Origin: Octopus vulgaris
Lineage: Eukaryota
Assembly (NCBI GenBank): GCA_951406725.2
Contig: OX597831.1
Location: forward strand, 64,480,001-64,544,000
Length of the DNA: 64,000 bases
Direction of reading: 5' to 3'
The notes under the pieces were generated by a model. The model saw only the letters and a list, made by a program, of their open reading frames with translations, made no database searches and was not told the origin of the DNA. This document shows, piece by piece, positions 1-13,732 of the stretch. Every line of letters begins with the position of its first letter. Position 1 is the stretch's first letter. A program made the position numbers and the translations under genes.

Positions 1-59
1 AAGTTTAATTAAATTAAATCAGCAAAGTAAAAGTTTTTGAAAGTTTTCTCCCTTTGAAT

Positions 60-251
60 GAAAGAGAAAGGAAAAAAGTAAGCTAAATGAGTCACAAAAG
101 TTGTGTATATTGACTGATGACGTAGTACACAGAATCTGATGACGATATCATTGTAGCATGGGAAAGTGAAATATCGCGAGTCAGGTTCCAATGTAAAAGC
201 GATCCTGTCAACAGTTTTGTTATCACTGCTGCTGGCTTTAATATTACAAAC
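60..251 (+). promoter_or_regulatory. Putative proximal promoter/5'UTR of VPS37A
   Basis: Directly upstream of ATG 252; locally CpG-containing; TGAGTCA (88-94), TGACGTA (118-124) and TCGCGA (174-179) motifs; TSS cannot be placed from sequence. Confidence 0.4.
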
Positions 252-352
252 ATGAACTGGTTACTGGGGGGTAAAACTAAAGCCGTTTCTACGACCAATC
301 TTCAAGCTCAGAAAAACAAGCAAATAGAGTCTTTGAAAAAAGTCAACCCCAA
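252..352 (+). CDS. VPS37A: VPS37A-like (ESCRT-I subunit) coding exon 1
   Basis: ATG at 252; MNWLLGGKTKAVSTTNLQAQKNKQIESLKKVNP resembles the VPS37A N-terminus (MSWLF...LQQQKQRLIESL); ends AA|gtaag (phase 2), compatible with exon 2. Confidence 0.9.
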
Positions 353-1448
353 GTAAGAGTCTTTTTTCTTCTTCTTCTTTTTTTCTTTTGACTCGTGTTT
401 ATATTTCAAACATGGAGATTTATAAACATATTTATATATATTTCTTTCACCCCCGCCTGCAGCGCAGCGATACATCGTTTTAGATTACCACAATCTGGCT
501 TCCTTTTCGTGATCTTCAAAGATATACTGATGAGATCCAGCAATTAATTGGATCACTGTTTATTTTTGCTGTTTATAACTGAACCATTCTCGTCTTTGGA
601 TTTTTTGAAATATCTTGTCCACAATCTTATATCACTGGTTGTTTACATCCTGGGCCTGTTCTCTCCACATTTTCTCAAACTGTTGAACGGACGATCACCA
701 GAAACGAATCAGAAAAAAACATTAATGGCATAATATATATAATATATATATGCAGTTCTTGGTAATTTCCTGACCATTGTATGTGTCAAGAGAAAATATC
801 TTTACGTGATGTAATCCTATTTATTTTCATGATGTCATTCGTTCATTCTCCTTCTCGCACTTAGACAACATGCAAATATATATTTATAAATATCACGTTT
901 TGTTTATTCGTTGTTTTGAACAACAGATCAACCCTAACCGTGAACGCCTTTTCCATCTGTGACACCCTTGTCATTATAAGGGCCAAAGATCGGCATTAGG
1001 GGTATCCATGTTTAAGTTACTGGAAGATTTGGCTGCTATTTTCAGCAGGTTGATCGATCACGTAAAGGCTACCTTGTTGGTTAATTTATTTCGTCATTAT
1101 TTAATCGTGTTTATGGGATTAACATCTCTTTATACTTCTTGCGTATTATTATACAGTCACGATTCTAAAATATCTGGGTTTTCTTTAATCAGCGGGGTGG
1201 CCCCTGTATAAAATCGTTCGGGCTGGTAGAAATGGCTGCCAAAATCTCCTTCTGTGTATACCTTATTTATCGTGTGTAAATAAAAGAAGAATACATTTGA
1301 TAATATGGTCCGATGTACTTCTAAAAGACAGGATGGCCACGGCCTACGCAAACTGGACAGGCCTGTTTCTTCTTAGTAAAAAAATAGCATAGCTTTAATC
1401 TGCCCGCTTTCTGCCACTGGTTTTGATCTGATCGTTATTGTAATATAC

Positions 1449-1502
<54 letters not shown>

Positions 1503-2245
1503 CCTACACAGACACATATATAGATATATAAGCCTATATGTATATACATACACACACCCTTTATTCTCCGTGCACGATCTGTTTTATACTTTATAGCTAT
1601 ACTAATTAAATGTGTTTGGTTTTTCCCGAAGTTCCGCTTCAGTATTGTACGAACCAACCAGAAACCTCTACGTTGTTGACCAGCTTGCTAGAAATAACGG
1701 CCAAATCTCCCCCTCGATTGCACGCGAGCACCTTAGATAGCGAAAGGAAAGATTAGCTAATTATATTTTTTTTATATGATTGACAAAGGCAAGATATTCG
1801 GGGGGCTACAAAGTCAGAGCTGACCTGGGGCTAAACATGCCAACAACCTAGTAACCACCAGACCCCCGAGGGAACTTATACGCAGTCATTCAACCTGTTA
1901 GAAATGCGGGTCAACAACGAAATTTAGTAATATTTTGACTGATGTCACATAGCTGCTATTTCTGTGTTGTTTTAGTGCGACCCACAATCCGCATAGATAT
2001 TGAATTAACTTCCTTGACAACATTTCCTTGTCTCATCAGAAAATGTCGAAATTTTATGCGTGTGCATTATATATATATATATATATGCATATATATATAT
2101 ATGTGTGTGTTTGAAAAATTCATTGTAACACTAAATACTCTTGCTTTGTTTTAATGTGTGTATGTTTCAAATGCTTCTAATATTTGCAATATTCTGTATT
2201 TACGAATGTTTCATTTAACAACACTCTCCTATCTCTCTTCCAACA

Positions 2246-2261
2246 TACACACACGTGTATA

Positions 2262-2325
<64 letters not shown>

Positions 2326-2370
2326 ATATATATGTGTGTGTGTGTGTGTATATATATATATGTGTGTGTG

Positions 2371-2411
<41 letters not shown>

Positions 2412-2440
2412 GTGTGTGTGTGTGTATATATATATATATC
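2246..2440. repeat. Compound (TA)n/(TG)n microsatellite
   Basis: Direct inspection. Confidence 0.97.
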
Positions 2441-3510
2441 AAAATAAGCAACAAGGATATCCTTGTTGCTTATTTTGATTGTAATCATATTACAATTTTG
2501 ATTTATACTAAATTCTGGTGCTTTTAACTTAAGTACCATATTCAACTGAATCTAAATTTTACTGAACTTATATATATAAAACTATGTCTGTATGCATTTG
2601 CACAGCCTTTATTCAGTTGTAATTCTTTCTATTTATTGATATCAAAGTTAGTTTTCTGCGTCGATTTAATGTATATTTTCTACTACACATTATATACACA
2701 TTCAAAAACATTTCCACTCAGTTTACATTTTCCCTTCTCTTAATGAACTACGCAACACACACACACACACACATCTACAAGCCTTTATAAATTCTCAGTT
2801 GAAACCCTTAATCTAAGTTAGATCTGCTTTTCCTTTCGTGTCTGAATGAGATTTTTTTCTCCATCTGCTAAGCTTTTTCATTGTGTAATTTTCCTCCAAA
2901 CTTGTCTCCCAGCTCTTTGCCCGAGAAAAAAAAAAGAAAAAAAACCTGCTATACAATGACAATACCTCGCTTTAAACAACACAATTAACACACACCACCA
3001 CCACCACCCTCTTACTTGTCCATCACCCTTCGCCACATTTCTCATAGCTTTCATTTGATTATTTAAAACATCAACAATTCCGCCAACTATTATCACAGTG
3101 AACTCGGCTTGCATGACACATCCACAGTCGAAACTGAAATAAAGCGAAGAGGTGATGGTGGTTTGGTTGCGGCGGTGGTGGTGGTCGTGGGGGGAGCCTA
3201 CTTAACTCACTTGAGAGTGGCAGCCGGTGGGTGGGAAATAGAGCTACAACAGTTGTTTTGTGCTTTGTATGAGTGTATGGTGTTCTGTAATTAATCACGT
3301 AAGTTTATAAAAAAAAAAGGTGTTTTTATACCCACCTACATTTTATAACAGATGTTTATTGCAGTTACACACATTTATAGAACTGGTGCTCATCTGTAAT
3401 GTTATATATAAACTTGAGTGGTCGCACAATCTACAAGAAATATTGGCCCAAATTCCTTCAGATTATAGCCATCATCAGATCTGATGTCCTGACTTTGGGA
3501 GCTAAACGAC

Positions 3511-3932
3511 GGGTCTTTTCGGTTTGAACGGCAGTTTTTAACATAATTTCTAGAAAAAAATTATAAACCTCGTATACTAGTAGAATGTGTTTATAAAACA
3601 TCTTTTTCTCTTGGCTTTATTAAGAAAATTCTATAGTTTGTAAGATATTTGTTGTTTTTTTTTTCTTCAATTTCTGCAATCTCAACCAATCAATGACATG
3701 TACTGAGGTAAAAAAAACATTCTGTGCCGTATGAATATGTCCCTCGTTTAAGAAACAGCTTGGGTTTATTTACATTTGTGAAGAAAAAAAAAGATACCCT
3801 TCTCCCCACCCCTAACTAACCCTAACCCTAAAATAGATTGAAATGCAATAGATCGATACTAGGGTCATAATTATGGGTGACAATTTCATATAACACCGCT
3901 AGAAAAAACTGCCGTTCAAACCGAATAGATCC
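3511..3932 (+). mobile_element. Merlin-like MITE family 1, copy 1
   Basis: About 28-bp TIR GGATCTTTTCGGTTTGAACGGCAGTTTT; 9-bp TSD CTAAACGAC; internal CCCTAA repeats. Confidence 0.88.
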
Positions 3933-4398
3933 CTAAACGACTTCTCCTCTCATAGAAATACATACATACATGATGATGATGATGGTCTCTCTTGTTGAGA
4001 ACAATGTACGTTTGATTAACTGAAGTATCTGCTTGTTGAATTGGTGGAGAAATGAGTTTTTCACAGGCACTTGTACTTTTAATGTAATTTTCAAATAGAA
4101 TCTCCATGACTCAGTTTAACAATGCAAGACATTTGAATTACTATTGCAGTCCACCCAATCTTTTCTCTCACGTGATTGTGCTGAAAGACACACGTACCCA
4201 GCTTGAAGTGGAATCAAACCCGGTACTTTATGTGTGTGTGTGAAGTGAGCAATAACTGGCTCTCTCTCTCTCGCGCGCACACACATGGCTTTGTAGTTAG
4301 GTTGTGGGTTCGATTCCTGCACCAGGCAACACGTTGTGTCTTTGAATAAAGCACTTCATTTCACTTTGCTCCAGTCTGCTCAGCCAACTTCTGATCTC

Positions 4399-4466
<68 letters not shown>

Positions 4467-4782
4467 ATCCTCAATATTCCATTGGGTCAAGAGTGGGAGA
4501 GCCGAGAAGATTCACTTCTGCATAAGCACCCAATACAACTAATGAAACCATTGTACAAGCTACCAGGTCACATTCGCTTACATGTGAGGGCTAATCATTT
4601 TGTTTTCTTTTGTACAGCTAGGCACAGGTGTGGCTGTGTGGTAAGAAGCTTGCTTCCCAATCACATGGTACTGAATTCAGTCTTACTGCATGACACATTG
4701 GACTAGTGTCTTCTACTTACAGCCTTGTGTGAATGGATTTGGTAGACAGAAACTGAAAGACGCCTGTCATATATGTATATAT

Positions 4783-5062
4783 CACGTGATCACGTGACCG
4801 ACCAGTCCATTAGATGTAGTTACCCATCGCTGGTCACAATGCGTTCGCATTGTTTTAGCTTTCGAATGACGCCACCCCGCTGGCTAAGCGAGCGGGCCAA
4901 CAGAAGAAAGAGTGGTGAAAGAGTACAGCAGGGATCACCACACCCTGCCGGAGCCTCGTGGAGCTTTTTTAGGTGTTTTTGCTCAATAAACACTCACAAC
5001 GGCCGGTCTGGGAATCGAAACCGCAAGTCCACTGCCCTAACCACTGGGCCATTGCGCCTCCA
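4783..5062 (-). mobile_element. tRNA-derived SINE family C (also about 10160-10463 and 34153-34460)
   Basis: Minus-strand head GGCGCAATGGCCCAGTGGTTAG..GGTTTCGATTCCC; tail GGTCACGTGATCACGTGA. Confidence 0.85.
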
Positions 5063-5875
5063 CATATGTATATATATATACATATATATATATATATACC
5101 TCGAGACCATAACCTCGTGGCTCAGCCCACTTAGGTGTACTTTTCTTTCATTGGACACTAAACTCTGCTTGCGAAGACCTGTTGAGGCACTTGAAATCGA
5201 AATCAAATTCAATGACTGGCATCCATACTAGTGGACCGCTAAGAGCACCATCCGAGCGTGATCGTTGCCAGAGCGGCTAACTGGCTTCCGTGTTGGTGGC
5301 ACGTAACAGGCACCATTCAAGCGTGATTGTTACCAGCGTCACCTTACTGGCACTTGTGCCGGTGGAACGTGAAAAAACATTCGAGCAAGGTCGTTGCCAG
5401 TGCCACAGGACTGGCTCCTGTGCAGGTGGCACGTAAAAAAACACCATTTGAGTGTGGGCGTTGCCAGTACCGCCTGACTAACCCTCGTGCTAGTGACACG
5501 TAAAAGCACCCACTACACTCTCGGAGTGGTTGACATTAGGAAGGGCATCCAGCTGTAGAAACTCTGCCAAATCAAGATTGGAGCCTGGTGCAGCCATCTT
5601 GTTCGCCAGTCCTCAGTCAAATCGTCCAACCCATAGAAAGCGGACGTTAAACGGTGATGATATATATATTTGTATGTATGTATGTTTGTGTGTCTTTGTG
5701 TCTGTATTTATCCCCTACCCCATAATTTAGTGGTTTGGCAAAAGAGATCAACAGAATAAGAACCAGGCTTTCAAAAAAAAGTATGGGGATTGCTTCATTC
5801 AACTAAAATTCTTCAAAGTGGTGCCCCAGTATGGCTGCAGTCTAATGACTTGAAACAAGAAAAAGATAAAAGATA

Positions 5876-6260
5876 GGCGCAGGAGTGGCTGTGTGGTAAG
5901 TAGCTACTTACCAACCACACGGTTCCGGGTTCAGTCCCACTGGTGGCATCTTGGGCAAATGTCTTCTTCTATAGCCTCGGGCCGACCAAAGCCTTGTGAG
6001 TGGATTTGGTAGATGGAAACTGAAAGAAGCCCATCGTATATATGTATATATATATATGTGTGTGTCTGTGTTTGTCCCCCTATCATTGCTTGACAACCAA
6101 TGCTGGTGTGTTTATGTCCCCGTCACTTAGCGGTTCGGCAAAAGAGACCGATAGAATAAGTACTGGGCTTACAAAGAATAAGTCCCGGGGTCGATTTGCT
6201 CGACTAAAAGGCGGTGCTCCAGCATGGCCACAGTCAAACGACTGAAACAAGTAAAAGGAG
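5876..6260 (+). mobile_element. tRNA-derived SINE family A, full copy (about 20 copies or fragments in the window)
   Basis: A-box TGGCTGTGTGG, B-box GGTTCAGTCC, central (TA)/(TG) microsatellite, tail ...GACTGAAACAAGTAAAAG. Confidence 0.9.
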
Positions 6261-7716
6261 TATATATAGAGAGACACAGTATCTCAATATTCAATTAGAA
6301 AACCAGCTTTGTTCGTTATGCTGTCTCTTATTAGTATGAATGTTACTCAGCTGTAGTGGTGAGTTATACTAAGCTCACTCTGCATAGTTTCAAAATCAAG
6401 GATGACGTGTCCAATAATATACACGTTTGTTACTTTTGCCTCACTTGTAAAATTTTCACAGGCTTCATTTGTTGGGCCATGAATGAGGAAGTGGTATTAA
6501 AGAAAATGTAATTCAGCCTAAAGAAAGACATTTATTGTGGTTATAAAGCTAATGTGAATGCCCAACAAAAGCAGGTTTCACAATGATGAAGCTATGATAC
6601 ACCATAGCAAAAAGAGACCGATAGAATAAGTACCAGGCCTTAAAAAAAAATAAATACTGGTGTTGATACATTCAACTAAAAGATCTTCAAGGCAGTGCCC
6701 CAACATGGCCACAGTCTAATGACTGCAACAAGTAAAGGATAAAAGATAACATAGTCACATCATTAATGTTAAAACTGACCAAGTTGTTGTAGTGTTGGAT
6801 ATTTGTTCAGGCTATCTTCACACTGAGTTCCAATCCTGATAGGTCAATAGGTGTGTTTTATATTAGAAACAATTATTGGCAAAACTTATTATAGTATTGG
6901 ACAAAATAAATACCTTGTGGCAGGCCCATCACCTGACTCAGGCACCCGAGGGTGCTTCAGAATATTCTGGGTGGGCGCTAATTTGTATTGCAGGAAAATT
7001 TTTGTAAACTGTCATTTTCTAAATCTGAGGGTGCACCATTGAATAGTGAAGGGGCAGAACCATCCAGTACACCCACTTAGCAAAAGGTATGTTAGGCATC
7101 AAGAAATGTACTATAGAAAGTTTTTTGTAAACTGTATTTTCTAAATCAGAGGGTGCACCATTGAATAGTGAAGGGGCAGTGCTATCTAGTGCACCCCCCT
7201 TAGCCACAGGCATGCCTTATGGTATTTCTTCCAGCTCTTTACATTCTAAGTTCAAATCCTGCCGGAGCCAACTTTACCTTTCATCCTTCCCAGGGTTGTT
7301 AAAATAAAGTTCCAATTAAATACAGAGATCAATTTGTTCTGCCTCTTTATATTCTGAGTTCAAATCCTACTGGGGTAACTTTGCTTTTCAACATTTTGGA
7401 GTCAATAAAATAAAATACCAATCAAGTACTGGGCTCAATTTTATTGGTTAAACTTCTTCAGTTTTCTAACCTTGTCCAAACTAGACACAATTATTATTTA
7501 TATTGTTTCCAATTCAACCTTGATTCAGCTGATATATGACAAAAGGTGTTCAGGGAGTGGGGAAATAAGTCATTTACATTTACCCCAGTGCTCAACTGGT
7601 ACTTATTTTATCAACCCTGAAAGGATGGAAGGCAAAGTCAACCTCAGCAGAATTTGAACTCAGAACTGTAAAGACGAATGAGATGCCACTAAACATTTTG
7701 CCCGGTGTAGTAATGA

Positions 7717-7770
7717 TGGTGGTGGTGGTGGTGGTGGTGGTGGTGGTGGTGGTGGTGGTGGTGGTGGTAG
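7717..7770. repeat. (GGT)n microsatellite
   Basis: Direct inspection. Confidence 0.97.
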
Positions 7771-8057
7771 TAGCTGTTGTTGTTTTTGTTTTTTCTCATC
7801 CTTCTCAAATATTTGACTGATACTTATTTTATTGACCCAGAAACGATGACTAACAAAGTCAACTTGTAGGATGCATAAAAACTGTACGGCAAACCGATGG
7901 ACTAAATGTATATTGCAATATTTTTTTTAAAAGCAACATTCTGTTCTTCCGAGTTTGAATCATGCAGGGTCAGTTTTTGCTTTTCTTCTTTCTGGATGTG
8001 GGAAAAGAAGCAACCAGTTTTTAAGTACTAGTGCTGGCGAAATCTTCCAACATTAAA

Positions 8058-8078
8058 ACTACTACTACTACCACTGCC

Positions 8079-8119
<41 letters not shown>

Positions 8120-8215
8120 CACCACCACCACCACTACTAATACTACCATTATAACTACTACTACTACTACTTCTACCACTGCTACTACTACTACCATTGC
8201 TACTACTACTACTTG
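8058..8215. repeat. (ACT)/(ACC)n microsatellite
   Basis: Direct inspection. Confidence 0.95.
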
Positions 8216-8630
8216 TGGTAGTGGTGGTGGCAGCAGTTGTTGTTGTTTGACTGACTTGTTAGAGCATTAAAAAAATGCATTGTCGTATTTGTTCTGGCTC
8301 TTTTTTTGTTTGTCTTTCTTTACCTTGAGTTCAAATCCTGATGAAGTTGGTTTTGCCTTTCATCTTTTCAAGGTCAGTAAAATAAAATATTGGACTAACT
8401 ACACTGGTTAATGGTATCAACTAATATCTTCCCACAAAAATTGCTGGCCTTGTGTCTAAAATCAAAAACCATTATTTTCAAAGGGAAGAGCTAGCAGAAT
8501 TGTTAGAATGCCTTGCAGTATTTTTTGAAGCTCCTTACATCCTTCTGGAATCAACAAAATAAAGTAACAATCAAATCAATAGTATCACACGTCTCTCAAA
8601 AATTACTGGCCATGTACTTAGAAACCATTA

Positions 8631-9022
8631 CTGGCAGTATTGCCTGGCGTTGCTCAGGTTTGTTTCGACCCTTTAGAATTGGAATTTTTGAAAAGTAAAA
8701 ATTTTGCATTATATAGCTTATTATTCTCTTTAAGTGAACATTTTCTGGTTGAAATACACCGTAAAATGGCGACACAGCAGTAAAAAAATTGTAAAAAAAA
8801 ATAGGGATTTTCATAGAAAAAAAGCACCTTTTTGATCTAAATAATTTTTGGTCTTAACATGGTCCGATTTCAATTTTATCTTCTACGGAATGAAGAGCGA
8901 GCCTTCTTCTGTCATACTCTCAATTTTGGCCAACTTGTGCCTCAGGGTCTCGGAGGAGATAGTATTAGTTGAAGGCTACCAAACCTGCCATACACAGACA
9001 ACTTCAGCTTTATATATAAAGA
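8631..9022 (-). mobile_element. Non-autonomous Helitron-like element
   Basis: A|TC 5' end; subterminal GC-rich hairpin-like GCAACGCCAGGCAATACTGC; CCAG|T 3' end; termini shared with the 36259 copy. Confidence 0.7.
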
Positions 9023-10778
9023 TTACTGTTATTATTAAGACAGCCATCCAGCAGAATCCTTAGCACACCAGACAAAATGCTTAGTAGCATTTCTTCTGAC
9101 TTTACATTCTGAGTTCAAATGCCACCAAAGTCAACTTTGCCTCTTATTTTTTCAGGGTCAATAAAATAGGTACCAATTAACCACGGTGGGTGTGATGTAA
9201 TTGACTATCTCCTCACCACTGCAAATTTCAGGCCTATAGCAGAAACAGTTGTTGTTGTTGTTGTTGTAAATATACTTCAAAAGAGTCTGTCAATCTCAAT
9301 CCATTCCTTTAATAAGAAATTATGATAAAGAATAAGCTGAAACTGTTACTTGATTTTCATTGACTATTAAAAAAATCAAAATCAAAATCGATCAACATCA
9401 ATGGAAATTGTAGCTGTGATACCAGTGCCGGTGGCACGTAAGAGAACCATCCGAACGTGGCCGTTGCCAGTGCCGCCCCAACTGGCCTCCGTGCCGGTGG
9501 CATGTAAAAAGCGCCGTCCAATCGTGGCCGTTTGCCAGCCTCATCTGGCACGTAAAAAGCTCCCACTACACTCTCAGAGTGGTTGGCGTTAGGAAGGGCA
9601 TCCAGCTGTAGAAACATTGCCAAATCAGACTGGGCCTGGTGCAGCCTTCTGGCTTCCCAGACCCCAGTTGAACCGTCCAACCCATGCTAGCATGGAAAGC
9701 AGACGCTAAAAGATTGATGATGATGATGATTACATGATAATTACAGCTGTTTAAATCAATTTGATGTTGGTTTTAACATTTGGATTATTCTATCAAACGT
9801 AATACTTATTTATTCAGTGTTTTGAATTAATCATGTATTATCTTGTCGCTTTGAGATTTCAATAATGCGAATGTTTATTTTAGAGTGAGAGTCCAGATCT
9901 AGCTAGTTTGAACATAAAGCTGGTTGAATATTTAAGCTGAACTGAAGGCGGTGAGCTGGCAGAATCGTTAGCATGCTGGGCGAAATGCTTAGTGGCATTT
10001 CATTCGTCTTTACATTCTGAGTTCAAATTCTGCCGAGACCAGCTTTGCCCTTCATCCTTTTGGGGTCGATAAAATATACATGGGTTGGTGTAATCAACTT
10101 ACCTCTTCCTCTGAAATTGCCGGCCATGAGCCAAAATTTGAAACCAGTATTTGGCCCAGATATCACCGTCACCGACCAGGCTATCAGATGTTGCTACGCA
10201 TCGCTGGTCACAATGCACTTCGCATTGTTTTAGCCTTCAAATGACGCCACCCCGATGGCTAAGCGAGCAAGCCAACAGAAGAAAGAGTGAGAGAAAGTTG
10301 TGGCGAAAGAGTACAGCAGGGTTCACCACCACCCCCTGCCAGAGCTTCGTGGAGCTTTAGGTGTTTTCACTCAATAAACACTCATAACGCCTGGTCTGGG
10401 AATCGAAACCGCGATCTTACAACTGTAAGTTCGCTGCTCTAACCACTGGGCCATTGCGCCTCCACGGCCCAGATATAGCCAGTTTAAATCCTGAAAGTTA
10501 ATAAGTTAGTAAGTAAGCTATATCCAGCTGATAGGGTGTTGTGGTGGCTGTGAGGCATTTTTCTTTACAATGTGCTTATAAGTACTGTAACTTTCTAGAA
10601 TCATCAGTCTTATTGTGTGCTTTACTTTCAACATTTTATAATTTCATTATAAGTCTTTGTTTTTGTTCATTCTACCTTCTTCAGAATTTCTATCAATATT
10701 TTTGCCTGAAATTAAACAGCTGGCAGAATTGTTAACACACAAAAAAAAAAAATATGTTCTTTGTTCAAATTCCACCGA

Positions 10779-10988
10779 GGTCAACTTTGCTTTTCGTCTT
10801 CTCAGAATCAACTTTGCCTTTCGTCTTCTCAGAATCAACTTTGCCTTTCGTCTTCTCAGAATCATCTTTGCCGTTCATCTTCTCGGAATCAACTTTGCTT
10901 TTCATTTTGTTGGAGTCAACTTTGCCTTTCACCTTCTCAGAGTCAACTTTGCTTTTCATTTTCTTGGAGTTGACTTGGCCTTTCATCA
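10779..10988 (+). repeat. 27-bp minisatellite, about 8 units
   Basis: Unit (A/G)TCAACTTTGCCTTTCGTCTTCTCAGA. Confidence 0.92.
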
Positions 10989-11745
10989 CTGAGGTTGATG
11001 TGCTAAAATTTGAAACCAATATTTCTGCTTAAAATAATATCTATGTCATGAATTATCTGGGTTGCAAATGTAAAGTTTATTGAGTATTATAAACAGCTGT
11101 GTGCTGTGTTCTTGAGCAAAACACTTTATTTTCACATTGCTCCAGTTCACTCGACTGTAAAAATGAGTTGCGACATCACTGGTGCCAAGTTGCATCAGCC
11201 TTTGCCTTTCCCTAACATCGGTGGCATGGAGAAGGGAGGCTGGTATGCATGGGTGACTGCTAGTCTTCCATAAAACAACCTTGCCTGGACTTATGCCTCA
11301 GAAGGTAACATTCTAAGTGCAATCCCATGGTCATTCATGACCGAAGGGGGTCTTTCTTTTCCAATGCTGATTTATTCTCATTGTTTTGAATTAATCATAC
11401 TTTATCTTATAGCTTCAAAATTTCAATGATATGATTGTGTAGTTTTAGAATGACATTGTAGGCTAGGTGTGAGAGGTCAGATATGGCCAGTTTGAGTGTA
11501 AAACAGGTGGAATATTTGGGCCAGATATGCCCAGTTTAAATGCTAAAGGATTAAATGTTAAAAAAAAAAAGTTCCTTTTTTTTTTTACTTTAGTTTTTAG
11601 GTACAAGTGTGACTGTATGGTAAGAAGTCTGCTTCTTGACCATATGGATCCAGGTTCAGTCCCACTGCATTGCACCTTCTACTATAGCCACAGGCCTACC
11701 AAAGCCTTGCAGATGCATTTGGTAGACAGAAAATGAAAGAAGGCT

Positions 11746-11788
<43 letters not shown>

Positions 11789-11958
11789 GTGTGTCTTGAG
11801 ATCATGGGGTTGTTGTAAATGAGTGTCACTGTCATGCAAGCAGTAATCGTTCATTTCCAATTTTCTGCAAAAACCTATCTGGTCATGGGGACCAGATATT
11901 CTTGGAAACAGGTGAGGGTTGTTGACAGGAAGGATATCCAACCATAGATAATCTGCCT

Positions 11959-12112
11959 GGCGTAACTTCGGTATACGTACCGGAAGTACCAGATAGATTT
12001 CAACAAAATGTTTTTTTTATATATATGGGGGGTTAGGGTGGGAGAAAAGGGTTTCTGTTATCTTCAGAAATGTAAACAAAGCCACTTACAGTATGTATAC
12101 CGAAGGATCACC
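11959..12112. mobile_element. Small MITE family 2 (GG...CC termini)
   Basis: Imperfect 22-bp TIR (GGCGTAACTTCGGTATACGTAC / GTATGTATACCGAAGGATCACC); 9-bp TSD AATCTGCCT. Confidence 0.8.
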
Positions 12113-13732
12113 AATCTGCCTCAACAAAGAATCTGTCCAACCCATGCAAGCATCCAAAAGTGGATGTTAAAATGATGGTGGTGGCAGTGGGTTTTTTTAA
12201 AGCAACTTTACTTCCCTGCCATAATGCTTCTATAACCAGAACAGAGACGAACTTCCAGCTATGCCATTTTCTTTAAATTTCAAACTTTTAATTTCCATGT
12301 CCTGTTTCCTCTTCTTTGGCAGCCAATCTCTTTCTTCGTTGCAGTAAAAATATACTTCACCAATTTTCTTGTTGAGAATGCACTGCCAGGAATGTGGGTG
12401 GGCTTACTTCTACAATACTATACAAATAGTAATTCACAGAAATTTAAACAACTGAAAATTCATTCAGTTTGTCTTTATTGTATTTGGCAGATGAAATTAG
12501 AAACAAGCATTTTGTTAATTAATTAATTAAAAGTGTATTATTCAGGAATCTTGAGTGATGTTATTAACAGGATAATTTTAGCATTATGGTCATGCATTTG
12601 ACAACTCTTCACAATCCTTATACTTTTCCATTCTCTTTAGAAATGTCCCATTTCCATTTACTTTACATAACTTACTTCCTTGACTAAAAACTTAAGTATC
12701 AGTTTACATAACTCTGTCACTTTCAAGTCTTCCTACAGTATTTATTACGCTTTATAAATGCCAGGTCTTTTTTTCTTTCTTTTGCACTCTCCAAATCATA
12801 TTTTATATTACAAAATGCCATATTTTTTATCTTTTATTTGTTTCAGACATGAGACTGTGACCATGCTGGGGCACCACCTTGAGGAACTTTTAGTTGAATG
12901 AATCAACCCCAGTGCTTTTTTTTTTTAACCCTGGTACTTAATATATCGATCTCTTTTGCCAAACCACTAAGTTAGAGGAATGTGAACACACCAACACCAG
13001 TTATCAAACAGTGGCAGGGGACAAACACTGACAGAAAGACACACACATAGATATGTATGTATATACATACATACGTACATACATACATACACACACATAT
13101 ACATACTACTACAACAACTACCACTACTACTACTACTACTACTAATAATAATAATAATAATATGACTGCAAAAGAATGAATGAGACCTCAATAATATGTA
13201 AATAGAGGAATTTATCTATAAATGTGACCTGTCTTCATAACTGATGAGATGCCAGAGCAGACATCAACCCCAGCATCTGAAACTCTGAGTTTTATTATGA
13301 CAGCCAACTAATTGTTATATATATATGATTGGCTTCTTTCAGTATCTGTCTACCAAATCCACTTACAAGGCTTTGGTCATCCCAAATCTATAGTAGAAGA
13401 TACTCACCCAATGCAGGTGCCATGCAGTGAAACTGAACCTGGACACGTGTGGTTGGGAAGTAAACTTCTTACCATGCAGCCACATTAAAATATGTATTAT
13501 GTATACTTATAATGGTTCTTAAATACATGACTATTTGGAACAGGAGATGAGCCCAGTACACCATGACATATTTTCCTGACTGTAGTGCATAAAAAGGAAG
13601 TGGGTAGGAGATAAAGGAGTAAAATGAATAATAGGGTAAATATGAAACCATGTGGTAAGATGTTTGCTTCTCAACCACATGGTTCCAGGTTCAGTCCCAC
13701 TATGTGGCACCTTGGGCTACCTTCTACTATAT

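Noticed and set aside
2158-2545. Multiple overlapping ORFs rich in YI/CV/HT
   Set aside because: Translation of (TA)/(TG) microsatellites
3805-3830. Telomeric CCCTAA repeats as evidence of a chromosome end or fusion
   Set aside because: Only 2-3 units, and always internal to the MITE
5876-5950. tRNA-like sequence with A and B boxes (also the heads of SINE families B and C)
   Set aside because: No complete cloverleaf; always fused to a SINE body and present in many diverged copies
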